Made by a program: the position numbers and the translations under genes. The notes under the pieces were generated by a model, which saw only the letters and a program-made list of their open reading frames with translations, searched no databases and was not told the DNA's origin. A stretch of 63,907 nucleotides of DNA, counting the filler, from Thermoplasmatota archaeon (GTDB taxonomy: Archaea > Thermoplasmatota > E2 > JACPAO01 > JAHFTW01): NCBI GenBank assembly GCA_041623215.1. It is 10 parts of 10 records of this genome, joined end to end, with 100 filler letters (N's around TTAATTAATTAA, not from the genome) between each part and the next. Parts side by side here need not be neighbours in the genome. Positions count along the whole stretch, not along the records: positions 45,740 to 51,865 come from JBFJXH010000104.1; positions 51,966 to 57,963 come from JBFJXH010000105.1; positions 58,064 to 63,907 come from JBFJXH010000107.1; 7 more parts are not named here. One strand, given 5' to 3'. This document shows positions 48,701-59,101 of the stretch, one piece after another (positions within the stretch are counted from its first letter, which is position 1; the number at the start of each line of letters is the position of its first letter).

Positions 48701-51163
48701 AGCTTCGACGGTCAACTGGACCGTGTGAACATCACCTTGTCCGAGCCACTGGCAGGGACTGCCAACAAGGACAACTTCACGGTCGGCACGTACACGCTGG
48801 CCGGCCTGGAAAATGGCTGGAACACCACCACCAAGTTCCTCGTGCTTACCGAGAAGACCTCCGGGGACACTGGGGCTACCCCGACCGTTGGCGTTAGTGC
48901 CAGTAAACCGGCCCGCGACGCTGCCGGAAACCCCGCCGTGACCCTGACCGGGCTCACCACCATGGATGGCGCCCGCCCAGTCCTCCAGAAAGCCGTGGCG
49001 GTCACCAACGTAGCCATCCTGCGCTTCAGTGAAGCCGTGTACGGCGACGTCGGCGGCGGCGGCCGCATCGTTGTGTCCGACTTCGGCTACAGCGACGACA
49101 ACGGCGTCGGCGCGAGCAAGATTCGCTCCCTTACGCACAAGGGCGGCCAGTCTTCCGTGGAAACCATCCTGGACAAGGACATCGTGGCCGCCGACACCAC
49201 GGCGAGCACTGCCGACAAGGTCAACGTCACGACAGGGGCAATCTTCGATGTCAACGGCCTCGCGGCAATTTCGCCCGGAACCGTTGCGCTGACCAAGGAC
49301 CTCTCGCCACCGGGCGCTCCCACGGGCCTGACTAGCAGCGCCTTCACCACCGCTTCAGCCGGTTGGAGCAAGGCCAGCACCGGGTCTTTCCAATGGCAGC
49401 CTCCCGCAGCTGACCCCAACGGCCGCTTCGTCGAGAAGTATCAAGTCCGACTGGACAGCGGCAGTTGGGTGGATGCCGGCAACTCGCGTCAGCACAACCT
49501 CGATGTTGGCGAAGGCTCGCACACCTTCTCAGTCCGAGTCGTCAGTGTCAACGGCCAGACCGGCCCAGCAGCAACCTACGCGTTCAAGGTAGACAGCATC
49601 ATCCCTGTGGCGCCTGCCATTACCAGCAGCACCCACGCCACCAGCGGCCTGTGCGCGGCTGACAAGGACGCTACATGGTCTTGGAGCGGCGGCAGTGACG
49701 CTGGAAGCGGCCTTGGCCCAGATGCCATCGCCGTCGCCATCAACGGTGCAACCGTAACTGCGACGAACAGCACCTTGACGCGAACCAACATGACGGATGG
49801 CACGCACACGCTCAGTGTGAGCGTCACCGATCTTGCGGGGAACGTGAACACTTCGAGTTACAGTGTACTCGTTGACAACGCCGCGCCGTCCACGACGGTC
49901 AGTGGCCCGACGGTTGCCAACAGTGCCTTCACTGTGCGCTGGAGTGCCGCCGACACCTGCGGCGCCGATGCGTTCGTGATTGAAACCCGCAAGGCCGGCG
50001 GCGACTGGGAGACGTTCTACGATGGCAACGCCACAGTCACCAGCCTCACTCGCGCCATCAACGGCACCGATGGCGGCGATGGCGTGTACGAATTCCGCGG
50101 CAAGGCGACCGACAAGCTCGGCAACGAAGAGGACTTCGCTGACAACGGCAACGCAACGCTATCGGTCCTCGTGGATGCCACGGCACCCTCCAAGCCAGGT
50201 TCGGCTACCGCGACCGCGTTGGCCGGCGGAGCGATCCGATTCTCCTGGGACGCAGCAAGCGACGCTGGAACCGGTCTCGACGAGTACAAGGTGTACCGCC
50301 GCGCCGGTGCCAGCGGGAATTTCCAATTCCTCGCCAACGCTTCCACGAGCACACTGAGCATCGTGGACCCGGCATCGAACACCCAGGACGGCGTCACCTA
50401 CCACTACCAAGTGGAAGCTCACGACAAGGCAGGAAATGTTGGTGCACGCTCGTCCACGGGCAGTGCCAAGGCGGACCATGATCTGAACGTGCAAACCGCA
50501 TCCCAGGAAAGCTTGGACAAGATCAACGAGTACCTTGGTACGTCCATCACCAGCTTGAAGGCACGTGCCAGCGGCTCTGGTGTCCGCCTCGACTCCATTG
50601 AGAGTAGTGGCGGTGTGACCCTCGACCGCATTGTGCGAATCGGCGACTTGTCCAGCAACGATGCCTTCCTGCTGGCCAAAACCGGTCAGCGTCCCGGCGC
50701 CTTCTGGATTCCGCTGACGGACGAAGTCGTCCGCCTGACGGCTGTAACGGGCACGGTTACCACCGAGGAATTGACGACTTCCAGCTACAACGTGGAATTC
50801 ACGGTAGCAGACAAGGAAGACGGCGAATGGATTGAAATCAAGGTGCCGGACGCCTACAGCGAACGCAGCCTCCTGCACGTGAGCGCGGCCAATGGATCGC
50901 GCATTCTTTCGGGCGACAGCGTGCTGCGCGACGATGGCTCCATCTACGTGCTCGACGATCCCGAGACCACCTACGTCCTCGCGTATGGCCTGCTTGCTGG
51001 CGAGGTGGATAATGGCGACGACAACCCGGTGGCCGGCGACCCCAACGACGGTGGTCTGCCCTGGTGGGCGTGGCTCCTCATCGGCCTCGCCCTCCTGGCC
51101 GCCATCGCTGGCGGAGTCGGGTACTACCTGTATCAGCGCCGCGAAGACCTCAACTGGGCGTAG
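45740..51163 (+). CDS. Large cell-surface glycoprotein with Ig-like repeats, FN3-like domains and C-terminal TM (5' truncated)
   Basis: Repeated DxDxDG.xD, TFSE, DxAGN; many N-x-S/T sequons; WWAWLLIG...YQRR anchor. Confidence 0.88.
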   Translation, partial: DADLDGRIDNVTLTMSEPVQASTLDASEWSVTGYDAPFAISNDTARTTLTLSFNETGFDTGATPIVTYDGTGVRDDAGNIVNDLNRSASDAASPVLVAALTADLGGTWGQIDNISLVFSEPVNTTSFIPSEFDVTDGSHDYAEIGSSGRGCDAAGLNCSTVQLNLTEAGSFDTGATPGIDYGSTTLTDAVGLTLVPGTMAAEDRVAPVIQHAQTRDMDADGSLDAYVVTFSEGLNSSTAGTSGWAAIDLGAATSWHFVDSPANTTLHLNFTATGSPNTGDVPNLTYQASGLQGLDGNAVATHGADAIVEFDGAGPALLAAKTIDQSGDGWLDAFLLTFSEELDDLTAGIPVVEFTDGSPFSATLSSTGTTANDHQFIMDFGGDATWSTAFGTGELPAFNVSAGMLADEAGNLAPAIEGANLTVTDGAAPVLRLAQADVGTTTLRLFFSEGVSTVEGNGLEPGDLDLLSTNGVGAGTLDLLAHEAGDAQAVGTTDFPLTTADIGSDFITVYEDLIKEASGSLKLAPGDTYLSDELPPTVLHLATVDDNGDGMLDGIRVDFSESVSMSSFNATRVTIDGETPTGSSSAGLASVLLSYTPGPGDLSHTGHLPAITLDEGTFTDLASGHASVASNATESAALLHDEAAPAIVGHATDDVDEDGFIDRAIMTLSENVTLGATGDWNVTGYNITSISQFNATTVHLELGELGAFDTGAMPLFNYTGGAQVADDAGNMLPSSDGVLADGARPVLVAIDAMQASKDVTLFFSEAVERQGGGSLSSINFRYHNNGAGASTLTPTLTTSDGGSTWHGTLNKVLTATDFTEDRISTSTVDGRFVQDLAAMPNYANGALKQAFSDQTAPAILTATTGDVDRDGRVDSVLVTFTEAVYLVANATDDWGLDTTSATSYLGDGVVLGVEAVAGRTDQLRILVNETGSGYDTAATGLGLSYAGSNVTDRSPLAHRLANLTSNVTVTDGASPVILTATTVDSGPSFDGQLDRVNITLSEPLAGTANKDNFTVGTYTLAGLENGWNTTTKFLVLTEKTSGDTGATPTVGVSASKPARDAAGNPAVTLTGLTTMDGARPVLQKAVAVTNVAILRFSEAVYGDVGGGGRIVVSDFGYSDDNGVGASKIRSLTHKGGQSSVETILDKDIVAADTTASTADKVNVTTGAIFDVNGLAAISPGTVALTKDLSPPGAPTGLTSSAFTTASAGWSKASTGSFQWQPPAADPNGRFVEKYQVRLDSGSWVDAGNSRQHNLDVGEGSHTFSVRVVSVNGQTGPAATYAFKVDSIIPVAPAITSSTHATSGLCAADKDATWSWSGGSDAGSGLGPDAIAVAINGATVTATNSTLTRTNMTDGTHTLSVSVTDLAGNVNTSSYSVLVDNAAPSTTVSGPTVANSAFTVRWSAADTCGADAFVIETRKAGGDWETFYDGNATVTSLTRAINGTDGGDGVYEFRGKATDKLGNEEDFADNGNATLSVLVDATAPSKPGSATATALAGGAIRFSWDAASDAGTGLDEYKVYRRAGASGNFQFLANASTSTLSIVDPASNTQDGVTYHYQVEAHDKAGNVGARSSTGSAKADHDLNVQTASQESLDKINEYLGTSITSLKARASGSGVRLDSIESSGGVTLDRIVRIGDLSSNDAFLLAKTGQRPGAFWIPLTDEVVRLTAVTGTVTTEELTTSSYNVEFTVADKEDGEWIEIKVPDAYSERSLLHVSAANGSRILSGDSVLRDDGSIYVLDDPETTYVLAYGLLAGEVDNGDDNPVAGDPNDGGLPWWAWLLIGLALLAAIAGGVGYYLYQRREDLNWA

Positions 51164-51183
51164 GCCCAAGCTGGCTCGTAGCA

Positions 51184-51228
51184 CCTCTTCCCTTTTCTTC
51201 TCCCCTTGACGACCCCCTCCCCCCTCCG
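51184..51228 (+). terminator. C/T-rich tract
   Basis: CCTCTTCCCTTTTCTTCTCCCCTTG after the stop. Confidence 0.5.
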
Positions 51229-51312
51229 AACCGAGGCCGCACGATGTGCCTGCCACCTTCGGAGATTACGAGCCAAACGTCGGCAAAGACGCGACCAACC
51301 GGCGGGTCGCCC

Positions 51313-51865
51313 TCAAACCTTGACCGTCATCGTGACGGCGTTGCCGCCGCCGAGACATAGCGTGGCGAGGCCCCGCCCGCCGCCACGTGCCTGCAAGGCG
51401 TGAATGAGCGTCGTCAGAACGCGGGCGCCCGATGCCCCAATCGGGTGGCCCAAGGCGACGGCGCCGCCATTGACATTGAAACGGTCCGATGGGACACCCA
51501 ACTCCTTGACAACAGCACAGGAAGCGCTCGCGAACGCTTCGTTGTGCTCCCAGAGATCAATGTCGTCAGCGGCAAGTCCGGTTCTGGCAAACAGGTTTTT
51601 GACCGACACGATGGGCGCTTCCATGACCCATTCCGGCTTGGTGCCAGATGCATCGTACGCCTCAATGGCGGCGAGCACCGGAAGTCCATGTTCTTCGGCC
51701 CATGCCCGGCTGGTAACAACAATCGCCGCTGCACCATCCGACAGCTGGCTTGCGTTGGCCGCCGTAACCTGACCGTTGGGCCTGAACACGGGGCGCATGG
51801 CACCGATGCTCTCGGCCGTGGTGCCCTCGCGGATTCCTTCGTCGCGCGCCACGACCACATCTTCC
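51313..51865 (-). CDS. Acetyl-CoA acetyltransferase (thiolase), 5' truncated
   Basis: SDGAAA, NEAFA, NGGAVALGHPIGASG, CLGGG. Confidence 0.95.
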
Positions 51866-51965
51866 NNNNNNNNNNNNNNNNNNNNNNNNNNNNNNNNNNN
51901 NNNNNNNNNTTAATTAATTAANNNNNNNNNNNNNNNNNNNNNNNNNNNNNNNNNNNNNNNNNNNN

Positions 51966-53187
51966 CCTCCAGCAGCCGGCCAAGGGCATCATCGAGTTTG
52001 GGGTCCGGTTCGCCTGGCGCACACCAATGCAGGATATTGCGCGGTGACGCCTGGCCGGTCGCTTCGTCGGCAAAATTTCCGGCCTGCTTGGCCCCATAGG
52101 CGTCTGCAAACGCTCGTGTCTTCGGGCCTAAAATGTCTTCCAACTCGCTCCAAAGCCACGTGGTAAAGCGCCCCTCCTCTCCCTCAGCGTCCGCGTCCTC
52201 CCCGCTGGCCAGCAGGCCATCGGCACGTGTGAAGTCGCGTTGCACCCCGTGGATGGTTCGCTCGAGGGTGCGGGCAAAGGCACCGTCACCCGTGGCCGCG
52301 TAGCAATCAACGTAGAAGGAGACAAGCAAGGCCTGATCGTACAGCATTTTTTCAAAATGGGGCACCAGCCAATCGGGGTCCGTGCTGTAGCGGTGGAACC
52401 CCCCACCGACATGGTCGTGGATGCCCCCCCGCTGCATGGCTCGGGCCGTCGTGAGCGCGCCTTCACGCGCGGCCGCGTCGCCCTCCAACAGGAACGCCAG
52501 TGTCGTGGCCATGGGAAACTTTGGTGCGCCGCCAATGCCGCCTCGTTGGCGGTCCAGCCGCGCCTCAAGCGTGGCATGGGCTTGCCGCCTCCAGCGCCTC
52601 ACTTGGTCCGCGTCCAGCGTGATGAAGGATTCAGCGTCTTGCGCATGGCCTCCGTCGTGGCCAGCGCCGTGGCCCGGGCCGCGTGACCGATTACCGGTGC
52701 CCAGGTGCTCCTGAACATGCCGGGCGCCCGCCATCAAGTCGTCGCGACGCTCGTCCCAGGCGTGGCGGATTCGCTCCATGAGTTCGAGAATGCCAGGATG
52801 CTGCCCGCGCCCCCGCCGAGGGACATAGGTGGCGGCAAAGAAGGGCGTCTTATCCGGCGCGCACCAGACGTTGAGCGGCCAGCCCCCGTTGCCACGCGTG
52901 GCCTGACAATACGCCATGTAGGCTGCGTCCACATCGGGGCGCTCTTCGCGGTCCACTTTGATGGCGACAAACTGCTCTCCAATGGCAGCTCCCACCTCGG
53001 GGTCCTCGAAGCATTCGTGCGCCATGACGTGGCACCAGTGGCAGGTTGCATAGCCAATGGATACGAGCACGGGCACGTCCCTTCGTTGCGCCTCTTGCCA
53101 CGCCGCGTCGCACCATGGCCACCACGGAACCGGGTTGTCGGCGTGCAGGCGCAGGTAGGGGCTGGCAGCGCCCGCAAGCCGGTTCAC
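51966..53187 (-). CDS. YyaL/SSP411 thioredoxin-domain protein (3' truncated)
   Basis: NRL...SPYL..HA.NPV, CHWCHVM, KVDREERPDVD, GGWPL, PHFEKMLYDQA. Confidence 0.95.
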
Positions 53188-53260
53188 AGACGCCCGAGGG
53201 CAGCGCGAGCTTCATGGTTTGGATGGCAAGTCGTAAAGCGCGCTTGCCAGGTGCCAGGGC

Positions 53261-55447
53261 ATGGTGCGCGTCGTCAGTCATTTCGGCTTGACCATGGCGC
53301 TCACTGCCGCGCTAGGACTGGGCCTAGCGCTAGTCTTACTCCGGATTCGACCACGATGGAAGCCGACGGCGCTTGCTAGCGGAGCGGCGCTCCTAGGTGG
53401 CGCAGTGGTCGCATCTCTCTTGCAGCGAGGCCGTTTCCTGCAACTCGATCAAGCGGTCTGGCGCTCCATCGACAGCCACGTGCCGGACCTTCTGCAAGAC
53501 GTAGTAACCTGGGCGACGGTGCCGTTCAACCACTATGTGGCGCCTACGGCACTGTTGGCCTTGTCAATCCTCGCCTTCCGGCGCCACGACGCCGCAAGCG
53601 GCTATCGGTTCTTGCTGCTTGGGCCTGCCTTGGCCGCCGCCCTCTGGGTCATCCACACATCGTACCTGCGCGGGGCACCAGCCGACGACGGATACCTGCT
53701 CACGCTCTTGACCACGAGCCCCAATGAACAGGCCGCCTACGCCGTTGCCGCCACAGCGGCCATGTGGCAAACTCGGTGGCGACTTTGGGTCGCCGCGACG
53801 GGCGCCATCGCAACCGGTGGTGCGTTGCTAGCGGGTCAAGCATGGCTTTCGGATGTCGTGCTGGGCCTATTGTTTGGCGGCGCGTTCGTCGCCATTGCGG
53901 CAGCTCTTCCGGCACCCGTGTGGCGCCAGGCGCAAGTTCCGGCCTGGGTGCACACGTGGTTTCGGGAAACAAACAAGGGATGGTGGGGCCTCGTCGCCGT
54001 CGGCACGCTCGCCCGCATCCTGTCTCTCTGGACCTACCCCTACGGCGCTGACGTCAGTGTTTACTCTGTCATGGGTTGGTCGGTTGCCCAAGGCCATGGC
54101 TTGATGCTGCCGTGGGGAGGCGTCTATGCCTTCGATGGTCAGGCTGCGCCAAGCCACCACTTTCCGCCCGCCTACCCGTGGCTTCTGGGGGCCGTCTATC
54201 GCGTCACGGGCCCTACGGAAGTTGCCACCCACGGCGTATCCGTGGTCCTGGGCCTGGCGGCCATTTGGACGGCATGGTGGACGACCCGCGACCTGTATGG
54301 CCAGCGCGCCGGGGCCATGGCGGCCACAGCCATCGCGCTCAATCCGGTCCTCGTGTGGACCACGGGGGAAGCGATGCCAGAAAGCTTGGTCCTGGCCCTA
54401 TTTGCCTGGACCTTATGGGCGATTCTAAAGAGCCTCCAACAGCCCGCCTACATTATTCCAGCCGGCATCTTGGCGGGTATCAGCTACCTAAGCAAGTCCA
54501 GCATTGGCTATTTCTTCATCATCGCCGGACTCGGAGGACTCGCGTGGCGGCTGAGATTCCGCGGGTGGCGCGTGCTACGGGACCCCTACTATGCGACGGC
54601 CATTACTGCGTTCGTTGCCATCGTGGCAGCCTGGTCATGGCGCAATTGGCGCCTCTTCGGTTCGTGGGAGACCAGCGCGCACCTGTCGCAGGCGTACGGC
54701 GCGGCGGCCGCCGTGCCCCTCGACTGGCTGCTTCGCACGCAGGCAACATTTCTCCTTATGGCGGTGCTAGCCTATCTGCTTCTGGCAGGCCTGGCACCGT
54801 GGGTGCATCACTTGCGACGCCTCCGCCTGTTGGCTGATGAACACACAAGCGGGTTGTGGCTCGCCGCGCTGCTTCCCCTCTTGCTCACAAGCGCCATCGA
54901 TGCTGCGCTTTGGATTGGTGAGCATTTCAAGAGCCTCGGCAACGTCCGCTACCTTTCCTTTGTTGCGGTGCCGCTGCTTTGGCTCCTCTTTGAGCTGCAG
55001 CGCTCCCATCGCGCCGCGCCGACCGAAAACTTGCCGCCGCATCCCCAGGCGGATGCTCCCACTCGGGTGCCCGCTCCCACGGCAAGCGGTGGAACGTCGG
55101 TTGCCCATTCCATGGGCGTAGCCGTCGCCATCAGCCTGTGTGTTCTTCTGGCCGGGACCGTCGTGGTCAGCTTCAATCCGCTCGTTGCACCGGACCTGAC
55201 AGCCCCCGGGCACGTATTTGGAGGACTCATCGCCGACGGCGAAGATGTCGCCTTTGTGGCGGTCAATACACCGTATGCATTCTACTTCGGTTTGACCCAC
55301 GGAGGGACGCGCGAAGTTACGGTTCAAGCGCCCGACCATCTGGGCGCTGCCACAGCTGAGTGGCTCATCACGCCCCTGACGCCTGGCGAAGGCTACGAGC
55401 CTGTCGCCTCGGTGGAAGGCGTTGGCCTGTGGAGGCGCACCGGATGA
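53261..55447 (+). CDS. GT-C (ArnT/PMT_2-like) glycosyltransferase with degenerate PAP2-like N-terminus
   Basis: ADVSVY, HHFPPAYP, YLSKSS; N-terminal LDQAV...AWLSDVVLG. Confidence 0.8.
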   Translation: MVRVVSHFGLTMALTAALGLGLALVLLRIRPRWKPTALASGAALLGGAVVASLLQRGRFLQLDQAVWRSIDSHVPDLLQDVVTWATVPFNHYVAPTALLALSILAFRRHDAASGYRFLLLGPALAAALWVIHTSYLRGAPADDGYLLTLLTTSPNEQAAYAVAATAAMWQTRWRLWVAATGAIATGGALLAGQAWLSDVVLGLLFGGAFVAIAAALPAPVWRQAQVPAWVHTWFRETNKGWWGLVAVGTLARILSLWTYPYGADVSVYSVMGWSVAQGHGLMLPWGGVYAFDGQAAPSHHFPPAYPWLLGAVYRVTGPTEVATHGVSVVLGLAAIWTAWWTTRDLYGQRAGAMAATAIALNPVLVWTTGEAMPESLVLALFAWTLWAILKSLQQPAYIIPAGILAGISYLSKSSIGYFFIIAGLGGLAWRLRFRGWRVLRDPYYATAITAFVAIVAAWSWRNWRLFGSWETSAHLSQAYGAAAAVPLDWLLRTQATFLLMAVLAYLLLAGLAPWVHHLRRLRLLADEHTSGLWLAALLPLLLTSAIDAALWIGEHFKSLGNVRYLSFVAVPLLWLLFELQRSHRAAPTENLPPHPQADAPTRVPAPTASGGTSVAHSMGVAVAISLCVLLAGTVVVSFNPLVAPDLTAPGHVFGGLIADGEDVAFVAVNTPYAFYFGLTHGGTREVTVQAPDHLGAATAEWLITPLTPGEGYEPVASVEGVGLWRRTG

Positions 55448-57627
55448 TTTCGGGCTTTGGCGCCGGGTTCCTGGCAACCCTCTTGGGTGGCCTGGTGGGC
55501 TATGCCCTGATTCTGGCCTGGTCGGCCAAGAAGCAAGGGATTAGCCGAACGCACGTCGGTCCGCCGAGGAACATCGTCGCGGTGCTAGGGGCAAGTGCCG
55601 GGGCCGCTGGCCTGCTTGTTTGGCTTGTGCTCCAGGGCGTCAACAATCCCCTTGATGCTGGCATCGCACGTCTGCTTCGGCCCCTTACGACCAATCTGCC
55701 GCCTCTCGTTCGAGGCGGTATGCTGCTACCTTCGTGGACTGGACTCTTGGCCGCCGTGGCAATAGCGGCCATTTTTGCCGCCCCGAGAGGCATGGCTCGC
55801 GCACGGCTGGTGGCGGCGGGGCCGCTGCTGCTTCTGCTGCAAGTCTTGGTCCAAGGCAACATCCGCCGACCGACCCCGCTGGCCCCCTCAGCGTACACGT
55901 TTTTTCCCGGCGCGCCCGACGCAACAGCGATGGTTTTGTCCGGCCTGGCTGTCGCATGGTGGATAGCTTGGACGAGGGGAGAATTAGGGGACAGTCACCG
56001 CCTGCCTCGACGGCTTCCAGCGGCCATTGCCATCATTGCCAGCGGCATGGTCCTACTTGGCGGGGGCGCGTGGCCCACGAGCCTGCTGCTTGGCGCGATC
56101 TTGGGTGTTGGGTGGACCTTGCTGGCCTCCGTGCTTCTTGATTGGACTGCGGCCGTCGCGCCGCAATTCAAGGCACCGCACATTCCCTACGTTTGGACAA
56201 TCTTGCTCATCGCCGGCGTCGGCCTTCGCATCGCCACGTACTGGACCCAAGGGCTTGGCCCGGACGGCCAAATCTACGCCGTCATGGGTCACGCATTGCT
56301 TGAAGGCGGGTCCTTCACCATGCCTTGGGGCGGCATTTACGATGGCCTTGGCACGGCCGATGCTTCCCCCAGCCAGCACTATCCGCCAGCCTATCCAACC
56401 ATGCTGGCAGGCGCCTTCGCGGTTGCGGGCTTTGGCCCCGGCGCCGTTCATGTCGTCGCCATCGCCACCGGCCTTGCCAGCATCGTCGTGGTGTACGCTT
56501 GCACCCGGGACTTGTACGGGTCCCCGGCCGCCACCACCCTATCAGCGTTGGTTGCCATCGGACCCTTCTTCATCCGCAACACCGGCAACGGATACTCGGA
56601 AAACCTGATTCTACTGTTGTTTGCAGCCACCATGTGGGCCATCCTCAAGAGTCTCGACAAGCCCGCCTACATTGTACCCGCTGGTATCCTGGCCGGCCTT
56701 GGCTACCTCAGCAAGTCCAGCATTGGCTATTTCTTCGTCATTGCTGGCCTCGGGGGATTGGCATGGCGGCTTCGCTTTCGTGGCTGGCGCGTCCTTCGCG
56801 ACCCCTACTATGTTGCCGCCATTATCTCGTTTGGCGCGATTGTGGTCGGCTGGGCGTCGCGCAATATCCTCGTGCACGGTACCTGGCAGACCAGCAAACA
56901 CCTCACCGCCGCCTACGAAACCGCACTCTCGTCGCCTTTGGACTGGACCCTGCGCGCGTTGTTTGTGGCCGCTTATTTTGCTGCCGCAGGATACGGGATT
57001 GTGCTCGCCGTACTTCCGTGGCTGAAGCACCTTGGCAACATTCCATTATTGGATGATGAGCACGACAGCGGCCTGTGGTTGGCTGCCTTGCTGCCCCTGG
57101 TCTTGACCGTCCTCATTGAATCTGCCATTTGGATGCACGAAGGTCAATTTGTGCTCGATTCCGTTCGCTACCTCTTGTTTGTGATGGTGCCCATTGGCTG
57201 GCTGCTTGCCAGGCATCTCCACTGCAAAGACCAGCTGCGTCAACGCGGCAAGATGCCCGGTGGCGGGTCGACAGCCCTAGCGCTCACAGCGTCCATCCTG
57301 CTGCTGGCCGTTGGGGCCATTGTCTACACCCTACCAACCCCCGCGACGCCGGACGAACAGGTGGGGGAGACCTTGCAATCGCACCTGCAGCCAGGCGACT
57401 CCCTCGCCTTTGTTGGCGATTGGGGCATTTACCAATACTACCTGGCGGCCACCGATTGGAACCGCCGGCCCCTTGAAGTCAGCGTGCACCGGGACGGCCC
57501 CCCGGTTGGTTTAGCAACAGACTGGGCCCTGGTGCTGGGGGCCGAAGTCCCCGGCGTCAATTACGAACCGGCGGCAGCTATCGGTAGTGGAGACGCCCCT
57601 TGGGCTACCCTTTGGCAAGCAATCTGA
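55444..57627 (+). CDS. Tandem paralog of the GT-C glycosyltransferase with PAP2-like N-terminus
   Basis: DGQIY, QHYPPAYP, YSENL, YLSKSS; ATGA-coupled. Confidence 0.8.
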   Translation: MISGFGAGFLATLLGGLVGYALILAWSAKKQGISRTHVGPPRNIVAVLGASAGAAGLLVWLVLQGVNNPLDAGIARLLRPLTTNLPPLVRGGMLLPSWTGLLAAVAIAAIFAAPRGMARARLVAAGPLLLLLQVLVQGNIRRPTPLAPSAYTFFPGAPDATAMVLSGLAVAWWIAWTRGELGDSHRLPRRLPAAIAIIASGMVLLGGGAWPTSLLLGAILGVGWTLLASVLLDWTAAVAPQFKAPHIPYVWTILLIAGVGLRIATYWTQGLGPDGQIYAVMGHALLEGGSFTMPWGGIYDGLGTADASPSQHYPPAYPTMLAGAFAVAGFGPGAVHVVAIATGLASIVVVYACTRDLYGSPAATTLSALVAIGPFFIRNTGNGYSENLILLLFAATMWAILKSLDKPAYIVPAGILAGLGYLSKSSIGYFFVIAGLGGLAWRLRFRGWRVLRDPYYVAAIISFGAIVVGWASRNILVHGTWQTSKHLTAAYETALSSPLDWTLRALFVAAYFAAAGYGIVLAVLPWLKHLGNIPLLDDEHDSGLWLAALLPLVLTVLIESAIWMHEGQFVLDSVRYLLFVMVPIGWLLARHLHCKDQLRQRGKMPGGGSTALALTASILLLAVGAIVYTLPTPATPDEQVGETLQSHLQPGDSLAFVGDWGIYQYYLAATDWNRRPLEVSVHRDGPPVGLATDWALVLGAEVPGVNYEPAAAIGSGDAPWATLWQAI

Positions 57628-57686
57628 TGCGCGGAGCCTCACACGGCGCCACCAGCACGGCCCGAAGACCCCGCCCGCTGAAGCTA

Positions 57687-57963
57687 CTACTTGAATCGAT
57701 AGCGAAGAATCGCGACGATGCCGGAGAATGCGTTCATCAGAATGCCACCCTCTTCACTGGCTTTGCTAACAATACGGACGATGGTGCCCTGTGCTTCGGC
57801 CATGTCCGACAAGTCTTCCACCAGGTCCTTCTCGGATACTTCGACGAAGTTGCCCCCACCCCAGGTCTTGGCCATTTCGTCAAAGGCGTCGTCAGTCAAG
57901 TGATTCTGGACGGTCTTGTGAACCGTTTCCGCCGTTTTCTTGTTGGTAAACGTCAGGCGCGTC
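57687..57963 (-). CDS. Peptide chain release factor aRF1 C-terminus (5' truncated)
   Basis: DLVEDLSDMAE..GT.V..VS..SEEG..LMNAFSGIVAILRY. Confidence 0.8.
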
Positions 57964-58063
57964 NNNNNNNNNNNNNNNNNNNNNNNNNNNNNNNNNNNNN
58001 NNNNNNNTTAATTAATTAANNNNNNNNNNNNNNNNNNNNNNNNNNNNNNNNNNNNNNNNNNNN

Positions 58064-58941
58064 CAATCGCGCCGCAGGCTGGCCTCGGCGCCGCCCTTGA
58101 AGCGCCGCACGACGCGCCCTGCAATCGACTCCCGGAACTCAGGGTCTGCGGCCTGATTGTAGGTGTCGGGGTCGTGCGGTTTCAGGATGGTGCCGTTGCC
58201 GGCTAGCATGGACTCGGGAGATTCGGGGCGCGTGTAGAAGCCCGCCGTCAGGTCATGCACAATCGGCAGGTCGGTTGCGCCCGACATGGCGAGGCTGGCC
58301 AACTGGGTTCGAAACGCCTGCACAGGCAGCGCCACGCCCCACGATGCGAGCAGTCCCTTGGTCCAAGCCCCTCCTGCCACGACGGTCACATCCACGTCGC
58401 TTGGCCTGGCATCCACGCGCTCGCCGAGCGTCAATTGGACGCCCTCATCGGCAAGCCTGGCCTGCAAGGCGCCCAGGAGGTCGCCTGCCTCGATGGCGCC
58501 GTCCTCCTGCGCGACCAAGACCTCCTCCCCTGGCTCGAACACGAGGCCCGGAAACTCCGCTTGCGCCGCGCGCCAGTCAAGCCGCTCGGGCTCCTCCGTG
58601 TGGCGTTCGAGGCGGTCCTGGATGTCATCGAGGCGGGCACGCCCGCCTTCGCCCGCCGCAATCGTAATGGAATCATAGGGGCGCCAAGCGGCTTTCGCGT
58701 GGAGGTTGCCTGCTGCCATGGCTAAGCTAATCACCTCGCCAATCAGGCCTCGCGTATCGGCAATGAGGCGGTACTCGTCGTCGCTCCAGGTCATGGTTGA
58801 CAGGATGCCTGCCGCGCGCCCGGTTGCTCCCGCTCCAAGCGACGGCTCCTGTTCAATCAAACGCACGTCATGGCCGCGTTCAGCCAAGTGTAGGGCGCTG
58901 CTGGCTCCCAGGATGCCGCCTCCGATGACCGCAATGTCCAC
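58064..58941 (-). CDS. DAO/sarcosine oxidase-like FAD oxidoreductase (3' truncated)
   Basis: IAVIGGGILG, GATGRAAG, AGGAW; GTG start ~25 nt from TTAAG. Confidence 0.88.
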
Positions 58942-59101
58942 GCCGGGTCGAGGCAGCACCGCCTTAAGCCGCCTTGGTCCGTGACGTCGATTCTGCTTGG
59001 CTCCGGACGGCGTTTGCTGGGCGTCGCTTAGGCTTCCGGGGCGGACGCACTGTCCGGTTGGGCGAGGTTGCCCTTTTGAGGGTGTCCGGGCTCGCTTCGC
59101 C

